Assembly: GCA_964187785.1 (NCBI GenBank)
Contig: OZ076409.1
Span: 42,100,001 to 42,160,000 of the forward strand
Direction: 5' to 3'
Length of the DNA: 60,000 bases
Source of the DNA: Amphiscolops sp. MND2022
Lineage: Eukaryota
The position numbers were made by a program, and so were the translations under genes. The notes beneath the pieces were generated by a model. That model searched no databases. It saw only the letters and a list, made by a program, of their open reading frames with translations, and had not been told where the DNA came from. This document shows positions 38,401-53,400 of this stretch, one piece after another; position 1 is the first letter of the stretch, and each line of letters begins with the position of its first letter.

Positions 38401-41400
38401 TAAATTTTCATATCGTGCCGAGCAGAATTTTCAAGGTCATTGCATGAGCCATAAACACTTTCTCCATTAGCGACTGGCGGAGGAAAGACGAAATGCACGG
38501 ATTTTGAAGGACCTGGGCTTTTAACTGCGTATGGAGACTTGAGTGCAGACTGAGTGGGATAACATTGCCTGAGCGATTCTATTTTCTTGATACCTTGTGG
38601 TTGACTAATTGAAAGTTTATCATCTGTGTCCATGGGAGGAAAACAAGAACTACTTCTCTCGTTTCCAAGGCCTGTCGAGCGTGGAGGAACAGTGAGGAAT
38701 CTAGAGGAAACAGGCACGTTGGGCGCGGATGGTGGCGGAGTGCGCGGATCACATACAGGGGGGTATTTAGTCATATCGGCACAAGGAGGTGACATATGTG
38801 ACTTTGGGTTGTTCTCTAGTTTCAGAGTTGGAACCGTCATTTCTTTTTTAACTTCAGAAGCAGCTATGTTGGAGCTAATTTGGCTTTGGTAACTTGGTGG
38901 TCCAGCTAGGTTTTCTGCCATGAAGGGCGTTTTGGAAGTTCCTTTAGAAGACAGAGGAGGAACGGTCGAAGGAGGAATGAAGGAAAGAGGAGCAGATGAT
39001 GCGGCTGCCATAGTCTCAACCACACCTGGCTGTTTCACCATGTTAAGCACATTCAACGTGGAAGAAAGTTTTTCAGAAACAGTAGGGTTGAAGCAGGAAG
39101 ATATACTCTGCAAGACATCCGAAGATGGTGCCATGGGCAACGAGATATGGCTCACAGTACTTGGTGGCAAGCTTGTCACGCCTTGTGAGGCTATGACCGC
39201 TTCTCTCAGAGCTGATATCAAAGAGGATTGGTTCATTTCAGTGGCGGCGTCTAGCAGATGAGAAGCTTGAGTGGGGGGAGCATTGACTGAGGACAAAAGG
39301 TGTGAAGAAAGGTTCGATGCTTTATGAGGCATAGTTAGGGCAAGAGGCTGCACAGGTGAAGACACACTCGAGGAAGAATTCGATCCAGGTCCTCCTGGTG
39401 TCGCCAGTCCCGCCACCTGCAAACACCATTGCATCAATGAGTATACTTCGATTAATGGTATTTTCTAAATGCCCATGATGCGCGAAAACCGAAAAACATT
39501 TCTCAGCGAATTGGTTGTATCAATAATTGGCCCTTTCAGTCTATGTACTACCTACTCTAATTTTGATGTTCTCAACGGCCAAATATTACAACCAATACTA
39601 TTACAGATACTTCGCAATAAAATAATGCCAATAGTAATAAGCTATGTGGGATTTTAGAAAATTGTCTAAACTGTAATTTCAACCAAGGTTAACACAACTG
39701 ATTTTTTATACACGAAAATTTTATACACGCAAAAAGCATGGTTAAAATACTGGAAAAAAGGTGTCTTTCCTTTAATTTTTAGTGGAAGCTTCGAAGAATT
39801 ATATTTCAAACATTTGGTACATGAGGTGACAAAAAATTTGCAGCTTGGGATGAGATGAATGAATTTTATAGAAGGCTTCCATTTTTCTCGACAATGAAAT
39901 GATGTGCAGGACTCTTAAAAGTGAATCGCGATGTCAAAAAATGCTCGAAAACTTATTTTCATATTGCCAACTGAATTACTGTTTTGGATGGAAAATTAAA
40001 AAAATCGTGTTGAAACATTTTTAATTTAAAAACTGTAAAAACACTTTCTCATCCCTGATAAAAACTGAGAGTTTGAATGAAGCCTTTATACTACTTTATA
40101 TAGTCAACCGAATAAGAAATTACGTTCTTAGATGGAAAATAATAAAAATAGCGCAAAACTTTTAAAAACTAAAAAAAAAACGTCAAGTACGGGAAAAAAT
40201 CTTTTCCCCATCCCTGATTCAAACTGAGCTTTGAAGCCTTTAGTACTTAACATTGTCAACTGAAAAAAACTACGGTGTTGGAAGGGAAATGAAAAAATTG
40301 CGGAAAACCATTCTTTATTTTTAAAACAACTACAGTGGATCAACGTCAGGGGAATGACTATTGATGTTTCTTATAATCGAACTGTTTTATATGCGGGTTT
40401 GAAAAAGATTGAAATTGGGTCATTATACGCATTGACTGTAAGCGGGTATTTCTTATAAGCCACTTTCTTACAGACGGGATCCACTGTAATAACTTCAACT
40501 ACGGGAAAAACGCTTTTCCAATCCCTGATTCAAACTTTAACTATTAAGACCTTCAGTAGTTTTACCAATAGCAATTGAAACTACCTGGCCGCTATTGCCA
40601 TTGGAGGGAGACCCCTGACTAAGGTTGACAGCTGCACTGGCCGCGCACAGACTGGCAGCGAAGTTGGACGTGACACCCACTCCTGAAGGGACACTGGGAG
40701 GGGAGTCTATCATCTGTGGCTGCTGGTGCACATTGCGGAGAACTTTCTCACGGAAGGCTTGCTCTTTGCCCTCCTTGTCATACCCACCATGCAACCTCAT
40801 ATGGCCATTTAACGCCGGCAGTGTTGGGAACGTCTTGTTGCATACAGGACAAATGGATTCTTTTTCGCTGAAATATGTACCAAATACATGTTAATTGGAT
40901 TATGTCGCACCATTACCGCTCCCTTTTAATCAACTTGAGAAGTATATGAAAATCTCGCTTTCCATAACGTTAAGAAGAAATAGATTCACAAACTATTTTT
41001 AGTTGGCACTTTTTGTAACAAAAAGTGCCCGAATATTTCAGAGGTAAGATTTGGGTCAAACCACAGACCTTACAATGTAAGATGGCACACGTTTTAGACT
41101 TCACGTGCAAGCTCTAAAGGGTACCCAAGGAGGATAAAGAGTACTCCCTTAGAGTTTTTCATAGTATTTACCGTATCCTCGAAATTATTTGGGACCAAAG
41201 AGCCGACTTAGGTTTTTTTCGGCACTGTGTGACTTTTTTCCCGAAAATTTCGATTTTCACCAAAGGGCCCCCATTAATTAAATATCAGTTGAGGCAATAC
41301 GTTTTAAGAGCGCAAAGGGTCCCCTTCAGGTTTTTCGGCATTGTGTGACTTTTCAAAAACCGTTTCGAAACGATTTCCCAATTTTGCTGTTTTCAGTTAG

Positions 41401-44400
41401 AGGAGAGCGTTTTCCGAGCACGAAAGGCTCCCTTCGGACATTTTTGGCACATTTATAATTGTCCGATTTTCCTTGTAAAAAACAACAGTGAGCATATTTT
41501 AGAAATTTTGCGCTTTGCCTTTTGAGCCTAAAGCGGGGCGCCGACTTGAGACGTTTCCATCTTGTCATACCCTTCAAATATAATCACGCCTCAAGCTACG
41601 AACTGATGCTCAGTATTTTAGGGTTACTCCTTAGAAGCGAGAAAAAGACTCGTTTGCTTAAAAGATACACTTAAACCAAAAAGTGTCTCTTAATCGCAAG
41701 AAAATAAAATCATGGATCTTTTGAGATGTCACAGTAATTTGAATAACTTTTGTGCTGTTGCAATTTTAATATGATAAGAGGCTTGAAAGTATTGATTTAA
41801 ATATCATTGTCTAAATTGAGCTGAGCGCGTCTGCTCGGTCGACCTGGTCCTTGCTTAAAATAGCTTACTGTTTCTCTATTTGGGACACAAAACACAGACA
41901 TTGTTTTAAATTGATCTGAGCCGGGAGCTGTGCAACGCGGTGAATAAAAAATGGACAAAAGTTGCATTTAAAATTCTATTCTCTTTAATTTATCTTCTTT
42001 GAATTGCAAGAGAGACTATTGGAGTGCTCTGCAAAGCCTGCTAAAACATTAATAACCGGTCTTCTTTTTCTGTTTTCTGCTTGACAAAACATTGATTTGT
42101 GACTTCAACTTGAGAATGATAGAAAGGAGCAAAAAGACGAGAAAAACCGAACGAGAGGTGAATAACGGTAGAAAAGTATCTATAGAATTGAGAAACAATT
42201 CGACAGAGACAGGACTGTACGAAGCACAACACGGAAGGTGGTTGCTTTTCTCAGACGACAACAAAAACATCCCGGTTCGAGAATGACAGTTCGGAAGCGG
42301 AGAATGGAGACAATGACTAGAAGGACTTTAAGCGAAAAAATTTTGATAATTCATGCCAGCAGGGAAATGATGTTTGAAAGAGAATGAAATGCATTGCATA
42401 TTCATTTCTCACGGCAGCAGGCCATTATGGGACATGCCACAGGTCCAATCAATGCAATAACAAATGCAGCTCTGCTCTTTCAATCAGGTAATACTCTCAA
42501 CATTGTGTTCATCCCACTCATCTCGTCTCTCGCAACACAATCCCAACTGGCGCTAGTGCCAATCAAACCATCACAAACACCATACATTACTTGTCCTGTC
42601 CGTTTGGTCCTACCACAAAGTCCACTCATCAATTTATGCCACTTGTACCACACAAAACAACAACAATAATAATGATAACAACGGCACCAACAACAAAAAC
42701 AACTGCCAGTGAATGGCACCACGGCTATGCTTTTGCAAGTGTTTATTTTCTCACCATCTCGCTCTACGGCAAAAGTCAAGCATGGTCTGAAAGACTTATC
42801 TAATTTTGAAATAGACAAAAAGGCAGTCTGAGACTGGTAGTGGACAAATGATTCATCATCAATTTGAAACCTCAGAACCCAATCAAGAGGCTACAAACTG
42901 TTGGAAACATCGTGGGTCAACATCGCTGTTGATGAAAGTTCAAATTTTAAGAAAGTAAAATATGACAGGATGTCAACAAATTATTTGAATATTTTGATCT
43001 TGGTTCCTAACTTTGAGTTGAGTTTCAAGTTGAGGATGAATCACTTTTGCCACAACCAAAGTTGGAAACCAACATCAAAATATTCAAATAGCTTGACGAT
43101 AGCCTTTCATATCTTACTTTCTTATAATGTGAACTTTCAACAACAACAATTTTGGCCCACGATGTTTTCAATAGTTTTAAGCCATTTGATTAGTTAGGCT
43201 GAGACTGCGTTTATTATTGAAATTCACACATTTGAGAAAAAAATTTTCAGCGACGAAAAAGTAGACCTTGCATCAGCCAACGTGGAGTGAACAATCAATT
43301 GGCTAGTATTTCAAAGAAAACTAGTGACTAATTTAAGAGAAAACGTTTAAAAAATTGCCCTGATTGCTTCTGAGGATGAGCGTGCATCATTCAAGATGCG
43401 TTTCTGAAAACTTGCGTCCCAAAGATGAGCTGATTTTGTTCGTACAAAAAGGAACCGGAGACAATGAAGCTTTCATGGAAAATAACCCTGCTGTATTACT
43501 CTGCCGACCAAACCAAAGAATGGTAACCCCAAATTAAGACTATTCGAAGTCCCAGTTCGTCGAAAGATTTGATAGTTTTCATGAAAATCTAAAATTTATT
43601 GAATCACGGAGAATAAAAAACCAAATCGGGCTAAAAATTAGACCCCCAATTTGAATTCCCGCTTAATTCCAACCGGACTTCCCCACAGAAATTTACCCAT
43701 TCTTTTTTAACTGAGAAACTGCACAGTAGTTGACTAATTTGTAGAGGAAGTACTGCTATCTTTAGTGCGGCTAGTGCGTTAAAGTCTTTTGCAAGCAACA
43801 ATGATTGCCATAGATCAACGCAGAGAATTCTGAAAATTGAATCTATAGCACAGATTTGACGCTAATCGTTAAAAGCGCCGCTTTAGCGTTAGCGAAGGAT
43901 TACATTAGCGGAAATTAGTTAGCGTAATACATATTATTTAGCGACCGCTTAGCGATGGCGTTTTCCTATTGGTAAGTTTTCTATAACCACGCTTGATTTT
44001 GCATCGAACATTACATACATATCACAAATTGTCTCAACATATACTGATTTCTCCCAAGAACTGTTATATATTATCATATTTAGAGTGATAATATATAGTA
44101 AACAGTAATGAATTCTTTTTCAGATCGATTTTTAAACATAATGTGAAGTGAACGTTTCACTATAGATTCTAGTTACCGTTAGCGATTAGCGACTATCAAT
44201 TAGCGAAGTTAGCGATTAGAGATATATAATTAGCGTTAGTTAGCGATTAGCGAAAAAAATAGTGAGTCAAATCTCTGACCTATAGTACTGTGATTAAACA
44301 TTGTCTCACCAAGTGCTGAGCGTCGTTATCAGCCAATTAAAATTGTCTATTTGCTCTCACTTTCAATTTTGATTGGTGCAGAAACACTAGATTTTTTTCT

Positions 44401-47400
44401 AAATTTGGGCAGGTTTGGGAAATTCTCTAAAATTTAGATTCAACGATTTCTCCGCAGGCTTTCTAAAATCTATAGTAGTGATACTAGAAAAGGCAGCATG
44501 TGGCAAATCTCAAAATCGAATATCTCGAAAACGGCAGTGATTTTTGAAAAATAGTAAAACTAAGAGTTTTTTTTAGATTTGTCTAGTTCACAAATACGTT
44601 TGTTTGAAAAATATGCGCCGGAAATTGTAAAAATTACATCACGCGATTTTTAGCCAAATCTAGTTCAAAATGGAGGTTTTTCTCACTTTTGGTCATATTG
44701 TACCCAAAGGTTTTGAGAAAATTTATGCTGGATCGACCCCCCCCCCCAACTTACCGAAGCCCCTGATATGTTTTGATTTCGGAATCACACTTAGTCCTCA
44801 CAAAAATAGGCTGTAAAATTAGTCTTTCTATACATCTATTATGATACACCTATTACAGATACGACTTTGAAATTCAACAACTTCAAACAAGCTCATACAA
44901 ATACAATTCACTGTTTCCAAGAAAAAATTATATTGTCAGTTTCGAAATGTTCCGGAGATTACTTCTGCCAGTGCCAAGTTATTTTGAAATCAAAAAATGA
45001 TGTTTTGAAAGTAGCTCTCGACCAATAATATAGGCACGTGAGACCTTAATTAGCCAATAAGAATTGTTTATTCATTCTATTTCCGAGTTATATGGTGCTT
45101 CTTCTAAAATCACTACTTCAGTGGTATATTTGTTGTACCAGAAACATTCTGAATAATTATTGCAAATTTTCTTTGCGAAAACCTAAATACTAAAGTAATG
45201 TAAATTGAAGACCTTTTTAGTCGGCGCATTTTAGTAGAAAATGTGCCCGACTCTTACAGGGTAGTTTTTTTACTCGCGTAAGGTCCACTTTCAAAGTGGA
45301 CCTTACGCGAGTAAAAAAAAATGTTTTGGTCAAACTGAACAAATGAACAAAAAGTTTTTGTTCATTTGTTCAGTTTGACCAAAACATACCGCAAACCTAA
45401 AAACCTCATCCAAAATTATAAAACCGACGTCCAGAACCTTGAAAACAACTAAGGATCCCCACTTTGGCTATCTGGGTGTTTTTAACTTGGATTTTTTCGG
45501 CACTATGAGACTTTTTCGAAAATTTTTTGATTGTACCGAAGGGTCCCCCTTCAATGTTTTTGACATTTTGGAACATAATAGATGTTTGAAAATCCCAAAG
45601 GGTCGCCCCTTTCAGATTTTTCGGCACTATGATACTGTTCAAAATTGTCATTTTTCATCTGACATTAGGTTTTCTCAATACATATCCACCAATATTTTTT
45701 TTCAATACTATCCGAAATTTGAACGTAATATCCGGAGTAAAGCGCTATATCCGAATTTTTGACGTTATTTACGAAGTATATTCCGTTTCACTGAGGAGGA
45801 GGCGGAGGTTCGAAAACAAGTGCTCGCATTTGTCCCAGCCGCTATATCCGAACTTCTGAAGCGTTTTCCCAGCACGGAAGGCTTCCTTTGGGTGAAACTT
45901 TTTTTGTGAGTTTTTCATAAAAAAACGTCATGAGCATATTTTGAAAATTTTGCACTTTTTGAGCCTTAGATATAGCGTGGTCGTTCTTGGCTTGTTACCT
46001 TTTCAGCCTGAGAGTTCTGAAACCCTAGATTATTTTCGATGATTATAACCACGGCTTCAGTAGAATTGGTGACTCAAAATTTGCAAATTGCAACTTTCGT
46101 ATTTGTTAGAAATTTCTAAAAAAACTCATGTAAACAGATGAAAATTTTGAAAAGCATCAGAAATGAAAACTGTGATAAAGATGATGGGCTACTGGCAAAA
46201 TGATTCAGAAGTTGAAAAAAGTAGATTACTTTCAAGTATCGTTTCGTTAATTGGGGTTTAAAAAGTGAACAATTATTTCGTCAGAGACTCAAGTGCAAAA
46301 AAAATAATGGCTGTCAAGATTTTGGACGTGAAAGTCAGCGCGATTTCTCGGGTTGCATGAAGTTGTCACAATTGTCAACCATCGTCACGAGTTTTTGAAC
46401 AGACAAAGGCGACGGATTTTCTAAGATGCATTGAATAAAATACGACACGTTTCACTAATGGAAATCTTGACCAGAAAATGTAAACGTTAAAATTGGAAAA
46501 TTCCAACGGAGAAGAACTGGAAAAGTACTGGCTGTATTTTACAGTTCTTAAAAAAAACGAAAAAGAACAATAGAGGGTCGGGTTGAGATTGTAACTGAGC
46601 TTGAAATTTTATTCTTGGAAAATATCAGGTTGAGCCATAGATCATTTTTCAAATACAAAAGAGCCGCTGAAAAAAACAACGAAAACGGTACCTTTCAGCT
46701 AGTTCCAGAGATACGGAACTGTCGCGTTTCTATTAAAGAGCTTCCGGTAAACACCTGTTTGCAATTTTAGAATTCAGACTGTTTTGTCAATTCGGTCCGT
46801 GTTGAAAGAAAAGGGCGGTAAGTAATGTAATGTTTCCCACTTCCCATTACTTCATTTCCTGACATATCTTGGGACATTGGTATCGCCTTTTTCTTTAAAA
46901 AAAATTAAACCAAAATTTCGAGGTGTTTCTCAAAATTGAAAGTAAAATCGAATTGAATGGACAAGAATTTTGGAATAAATCTTACCCATTGAATTCTTTC
47001 TAAAAAACGCCCAAAAATTGTGCGATGAAAAAAATGAGGTATGAACATGATTACATCTTTGAACAAAGTTCAAAAGATACAATATCACGTGAGCTACGCG
47101 AATTTTTAATGGGAAATATTCTCACAGTGACTTTTCACAGTGATACATTTTAATAACTCAATGTATGACGTAAATACATGCTCTGGAAGTCTTACTTGAA
47201 AAACAGAGGCAAGAAAGGGAGAGGAGAAATTAACGAATGGATGAGTACAACCGCAGGTATATAGCGATATTCAAGGTGAAATTAACAATTCCTAAGGAAA
47301 CAAAAAGTTACAACTTTCAGGGTCATAGACATGCACATTTAATCTCTTTAATTAGAACAGAAAAAAAAGCAGAACCTTCGTCCTTGAGAACCCATTAAAG

Positions 47401-50400
47401 TAAAGCAAACATTTTGTTCAAATGATTGTAAGCCAATAAGCGAGTGCCTGGAACATGTTACCTTCTACTGGTGAGAATTCCCCTCGTAATTCAGTGTCAA
47501 CTTTGTGACGCAGCATTCACGATTCTTCAAGAAATAAGGTCCAGAAGATTTGACTGTAATAAAGTCCAAAAAACGCAATCGTGAGCTACCAAGGTCACAT
47601 ACCTTTGGTGCCCTAGAAGCAAAAGCGAAGCAACGTGCCATTACCAGTCTAGCGGCTGGTTTTAACGAAAGCCGACCTGAGGGGGCGTGAAGGGGAACTG
47701 AAGGAGGAACCCTGGGTCATACAACAAACTTTTCAATCAGTTTTTAATTTTCAAATAGTCTTGGATGTCAACTCGCTTTGGACGTTATTTCCTGTAACCG
47801 TGCGAAGTAACCATAATTATCCCAGATTTGTTATCAATCGAAGAGTGCTCAGAAAAGTTTCAGAGGAATTAATAGTCCTACTAACTTGGAAGCAGTGGAC
47901 GATTCGTCATTTGGAGTGAGTGCAAAAACTTGAGTATCTGCTCCATTTGCGCCCGGTAGAGCCATCAACTGAAACAAAAAAACAAGACCATAGTTCCTCA
48001 ATTCATCGCAGTTTCAGAACTGATCGTCCAAAAACCTTATGATATTTAAAGTTGTCAGATAAATTTAAATATAAAACAATCAAAATATCTCCTCGAGAAG
48101 TTATTCTCCATTTTAGTTTTCAAATGTTTTCCGTCATTTCATTTTCATTTCTCAATGATTTCTAAAATACGAAAGTTTTTTTATTCTGAAACCAGGGTAC
48201 TCTTGATGGCTCATATGTTTGCTTGAAACTGATCAAAAACGAATCTCAAGTTGTAAATGAATTATGGAAGAGTTAATCATCTAGCCAACTGCCCCTGGAT
48301 ATCGTTTGAAACATCATCGAGTGAGAAAGTTTCCAGAATCTAGGAGGCACTGAGACGTTATCAAGAGTTTCCCGGAGGCTTTCAGACACGGGTGTTACTG
48401 TTGTATGGTCTGGAACCATCTAATTAAAATTAAACTTTACGTTTAACACATTGGCGTCAATCATGGTATCAAGAGGCGATAGTTGCAGGGAAGCTGGATG
48501 TTTCCATAGGTGAACTTTTTGTGACGGTGGAAAATTCAAACTCATCAAAGGGTAATTTTGGTTGAGAAATATTTGAATTGGCACTTAATCGAAGTGACTA
48601 GCTCTCGAGTCTATCCCGGCTACCTCAAAATGAATATTAATACAGACAACAATCCATGTGAACAACTCCCAATTGTGAACATCTGCTTTTTTGTCGCTCA
48701 CTTGTACGGCCAAATGGAGGGAAGGAGCGGCCAGGAGAAGTGATTTGTCATCCTGTTTATGGCTGACATTTCGTTGACTGTTCTCTTGCAGTCAAGCGTC
48801 AAATGGTGTGTTTCTTTTTTCCAATTCAAATGCATACATACAAATTTCATGAGCAGTGCTCACAAAACAACAAATGAATTGATTTCCTGTTAGCCCCATC
48901 CCAATTGCCAAACCAACCCCTCCTCCTTTTGGATTGTATTTGTGTTTGGATGGACATCCAGACGGTCCAGTTTTCCTGGATACGCGTCTGACCAATTGCT
49001 TTGGACATGTCTATTGGAGCGAGACGCTTGGTGGCATCCTTTATTTTATGGCCCTGAAGTTACACCTATTGCGTTTCTGAATAGAACACTCCCATTAAAA
49101 TATCCAACTGAAGTAATTTTTATTTCAGGGCGGCCAGCAGCCTCATTCACGAGGGGCTGTCTCAACAAATAGGCAAGGGTTGTATTATTACACAATGGTT
49201 AGTGGTCGAAGGGTTACTCATTAATTAGTATGGATTGAATATTATAAATAAATGAAACAATGAAGCAGCCAAAGTATCCTGACATTGAACAGGTGGTTAT
49301 TCCAGTAATAACCATCATCATCGGTTATAAAATGAATGATCGTACCAGTGACCTTTTTATATGACCACCAACACCAAGTCAACTGTCCAACTTCAACAGA
49401 CAATGAACACAATTCGAATTGTTTCACCTGAGCATCTGTTTCAAGAGCGCGAATCGTCTTCCTTTTTCCACTTGAAAATACCATCAGTCCGTTAACCAAC
49501 AATAGCAACAGCCAACAGCCAGAGCAACAAAAGCCCTATGATAACTTTACAAGGGGCAGTGGCAATTATCGTGCGTGCTAGGTATAACCTTGAGCCTGTT
49601 TAGTGATGTCGTGAGCTACGATACTTCATTACTTAGCCACCTTAGTTCCTAGAAATAGCACTTGGATCCGGACTAATTGCCTGTTCGTTATGTTTCTCGA
49701 AGTTTAGAAAAAACTAAAATTGTTTTCAAAAATACCAAAATGGTTCTCAACGAGTTAATTATTTTTGCAGCAGAAAACTTCAAAAACTTGAGAATTTCCA
49801 GCTCAAGAAGTAAGAAGTGCATACTGTGAAAATGTCAACAATTGACTAAGTTTAGGATCTCTCAATTCATAGATAACACTTTGTTAAACCCCCCACTAAT
49901 GAGGTGAAACGTGGCATTATTTTGCACCACAGCAATCCTAAATTTCGAGGAGTACCCTTATGTAGGTCGTATGGGTGACTCACGGTAGAGTTAGCACTAG
50001 AAGAAAACAGTTTGCTCTTCCTGAGTTGGGAGTAGTCGACATCGTGGATGCCATGTTGGTTGGTGAGATGTCTTTTAAGTTGGCGCTGGTCACAGTAGCT
50101 CTTGCCACAGTCGGGCTCATGACATACAAACGGTTTCGTCGCACTGTGAGTCAACTTATGCCCATTGCTGAAACAAAGCATTGAGATTATTCGGCATCCA
50201 TGTGAGCTTCTGAAACTCAAAAAAAATACACCCAACTCCCGTTATAAGCAACTGAAGAACTGTAACGAGGTTCACACTGCTTGCTTACATTTTAGGCTTT
50301 TTTTGAAGCTTTTTAGCTTATACGTTGCTTGGCTCGAGACAAAGCGAAGCTCGTTTTGCTCAATTTTCTCAGCGTGAGGCTGACGAATGCTTGCGAACTG

Positions 50401-53400
50401 TTTAGTTTTTTTAGGCATTCTAAGTCTCAAAATGCCAATCATCATCTTTTTCTCATTGACAACCATTTATAAAATTCACTTGAAGTACTTAAAAATTTCT
50501 TGAAGTAAAAACTATTGATTTTACCAATACGATGAACGTCGGAGACCTTCAAACAGATCTTTGATATCCTACAAAAATCGAATTTAAAATGACCGGAAAA
50601 GCAGTCACGGTTATTTTTTCTGTCCAGATGCTTGAGCTCGGAAAATCTTATATTGATGTTATTTCTCTATCATCTGAAACAGTGGGACAATAACAGCTGG
50701 AAAGGACGATAGAATCAATAGATAAGACAAGAATCTTCCCACTGACAAAAAGTTAATATCGATTTTTTCTCAAAACAGTTTGTCCATTCATTACCGCCTC
50801 TTTCGGTCTGTGAAGCCAATCATATCAATCAATAGCAACCAGCCTATTACCACAATAAAAAGAAGTATCGATCCATGTAGCCTCGCTTATTTTCAGAAGC
50901 CACTAAGTCGAGTGGTGAAAAAACGACTTTCGTCACTTATTTATTCCCCCAGCAAACAAGACAAAAGGTTCCTAGAATATTCAATTAAAGTGATGAAAGT
51001 AGATACGCAGACTGAAAATGAAACTGTTATTGGCTCTTATTAAAAATCAATGCCAAAAATTAATGAGTCATCAAAATACTTGCCTTCAATTAATTAATTA
51101 ATTAATTACAGCATTAATAACGAATTGGATCTACGATAATGAAAGAATAAATGACAGAAAAACTTGAATATTTTGCTGGCTCTTTTGTTACCCCACCTTA
51201 AAAAACTTAACGAGAATTTTTGCAAATATTTTGCAACTATCAATATTCCATCGAAATCTTTTTCTGGTACCGGAAGATAACTTCATGCGACGCAAGATTT
51301 TCATTAAGACAGGAAACTTCTTGATAATGAATTTCATCAAAATGACTCTTGAATGACTCAGTCAGTGAATTTTTCTTCATAACTGAAGTATTGCTTCATG
51401 AGGAAAGATATGGTGACTTATATCTATAGAAGTATTCTTATCTAAGTCTGAAAAAGTTTGAGTATAATCCCTTTCAAAGAAATTTCAATATAATTCTCGA
51501 GAAAAAATAGCAGGTGGGGAGAGGCGGACAGAAAAGAACCAATTTGCTGCTACGTGCAACTACTGAAGATTTTTTAAAATCCAAACTTTTGAGTGAAGAG
51601 TAACGAGAACAGTTCAAGCAAATCGTTGCTGCTTTAATTCCATCAATCAAGTTAAACGCTAAAAATGCCCACCCATAAATTTGAGATGTTTATGGAATAT
51701 ATTATCAATATAAAACCTTCATAAGCATAATTAAAAATGCAATCAAAAAATCTCACAATTGGACAGACTGGTGAGAACTAGAAATGGCGCATTTTCTGTT
51801 GTCCCTATATACCGAGGGGGTCCCGCGTAACTTCTCACGTTGAGATTTTTCTTCCTAGCCTCCTCATTGAGGCCCCCTAATAATCGAATGTGACATTGAC
51901 AGGTGACAATGTAGTTAGTGTAAGCACGGATGTTTCAAACTATTTAATCAGACTCTGCAATGGAAACCTCCCGAAAGACGTGTTTCTCTTTATCTACAGC
52001 CATTAATTATACGTCCTATTCTAATTTTTAGATTCCGCTCATAATTCATGAAGAAAGAATCTCGCTGGTTTTTTACAATTGTTTCCATACCCTAGTTTTA
52101 TATTCTAAGATAGAATTCAATAGAACTCAACAATTATTTTAAATAGAGATTTGCGCAAATTATGAACAATTTTTCCGATACATGTTGATTAAATAGTCCA
52201 GGGCGGAAAACTTCACAGTGTTTAGCGGGTGAATTGCTTTTATTCGCGTAAAATTTGGTAGTTCTGGTAATTTTTGAATGACTAACAGATGGTCTTGTCG
52301 TTTGAATCGCTTGTGACAAAGATTGCAGGAGTATCTTCTCTCGTCGCTGTGTGTCAACTTGTGTTTGGCTAGGGCGCTGGAAGATGTGAAGACCTTGCAA
52401 CACTCGCTGCACATCTGGGGGTTCTTGCCCGTGACCATGGACCCCCCATTCGCACCACTCAGGGTCCCATTCGCGCCCCCGCCGTTCATACTGCCGGGAC
52501 TGCCTGCCGTGGGAGTTAGGACTCCAAAGCCGTTCATAGAAGATGACGCTGGTGATGTTAGGGTTAGCGACCCAAAGGCCCCACCTGCATTGGCAGAGGA
52601 AAGAAACAAATTTAGCCATGCTGACAGCTTGGAAGAATACATTCTAGAATAATTCTACCATTTGAATAAATCTCAATTTAAAAAGTATGAAATGCAAGAG
52701 CCAAGTCGTCACGATCAGCACGGACCCGGCGGCGACGAAAGACAAAAGTTGGTCGCCAAAATTTGATTTCAGATTGGCGTTACAATTAAATTTAATACAA
52801 CTGTTGATAGACTTGGCTTTCGGTACAAGTTTGGGTTTGTTGCTATCTGTCAGTGATCACAAATCAAATTGGTAGAACATGAACAAAGACAGATCATCTT
52901 GTAGTGTTTCATCGTGTTTGCACATTAGAGACGATCCGTATACACGTTGGGTGCGGTCGATCACTTGCATTGAAGGATATGTCTAGAGATTACAGAATCA
53001 AAAATAGGGTGGCAATGTTATCTAATTCTAATTAGGAAATGCAACATTTTAAGGTCACCGACTCGACGAAAGAAAAACAACACCGCCGGCTAATCATTTG
53101 GGTCTTGATAACCCAGAAAAGCACCTTCGAAAAGTTACAAGGAATAAATCAAAAACTTTCGAGTCATCTATCAATTATATCTATTCAATAAATTGAAGTC
53201 TTTGGCAGCAATTGGACATGGAAATCGAAAAACCTTATATCGAACACGATAACAAGAAACACAGACCAAGTTTTTCATTGGCTGCATCATATTTCGATAA
53301 TATTCACCCAAGTATTAAACTTGCAACGGTCAAAATAATGTTCAACACTTTTCTTTCAATTTTCACAAAAAAGTTTGAAGCCTTTAACCGATTCGAAGGC

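Noticed and set aside
37081..39261. Plus-strand ORFs opposite the large exon
   Set aside because: Antisense shadows of coding sequence
40040..40580. Three degenerate ATCCCTGATTCAAACT repeats in an intron
   Set aside because: Old local duplication or repeat remnant with no definable ends
47640..47730. Possible extra exon in the ZNF541-like gene
   Set aside because: Weak acceptor; the model is phase-consistent without it
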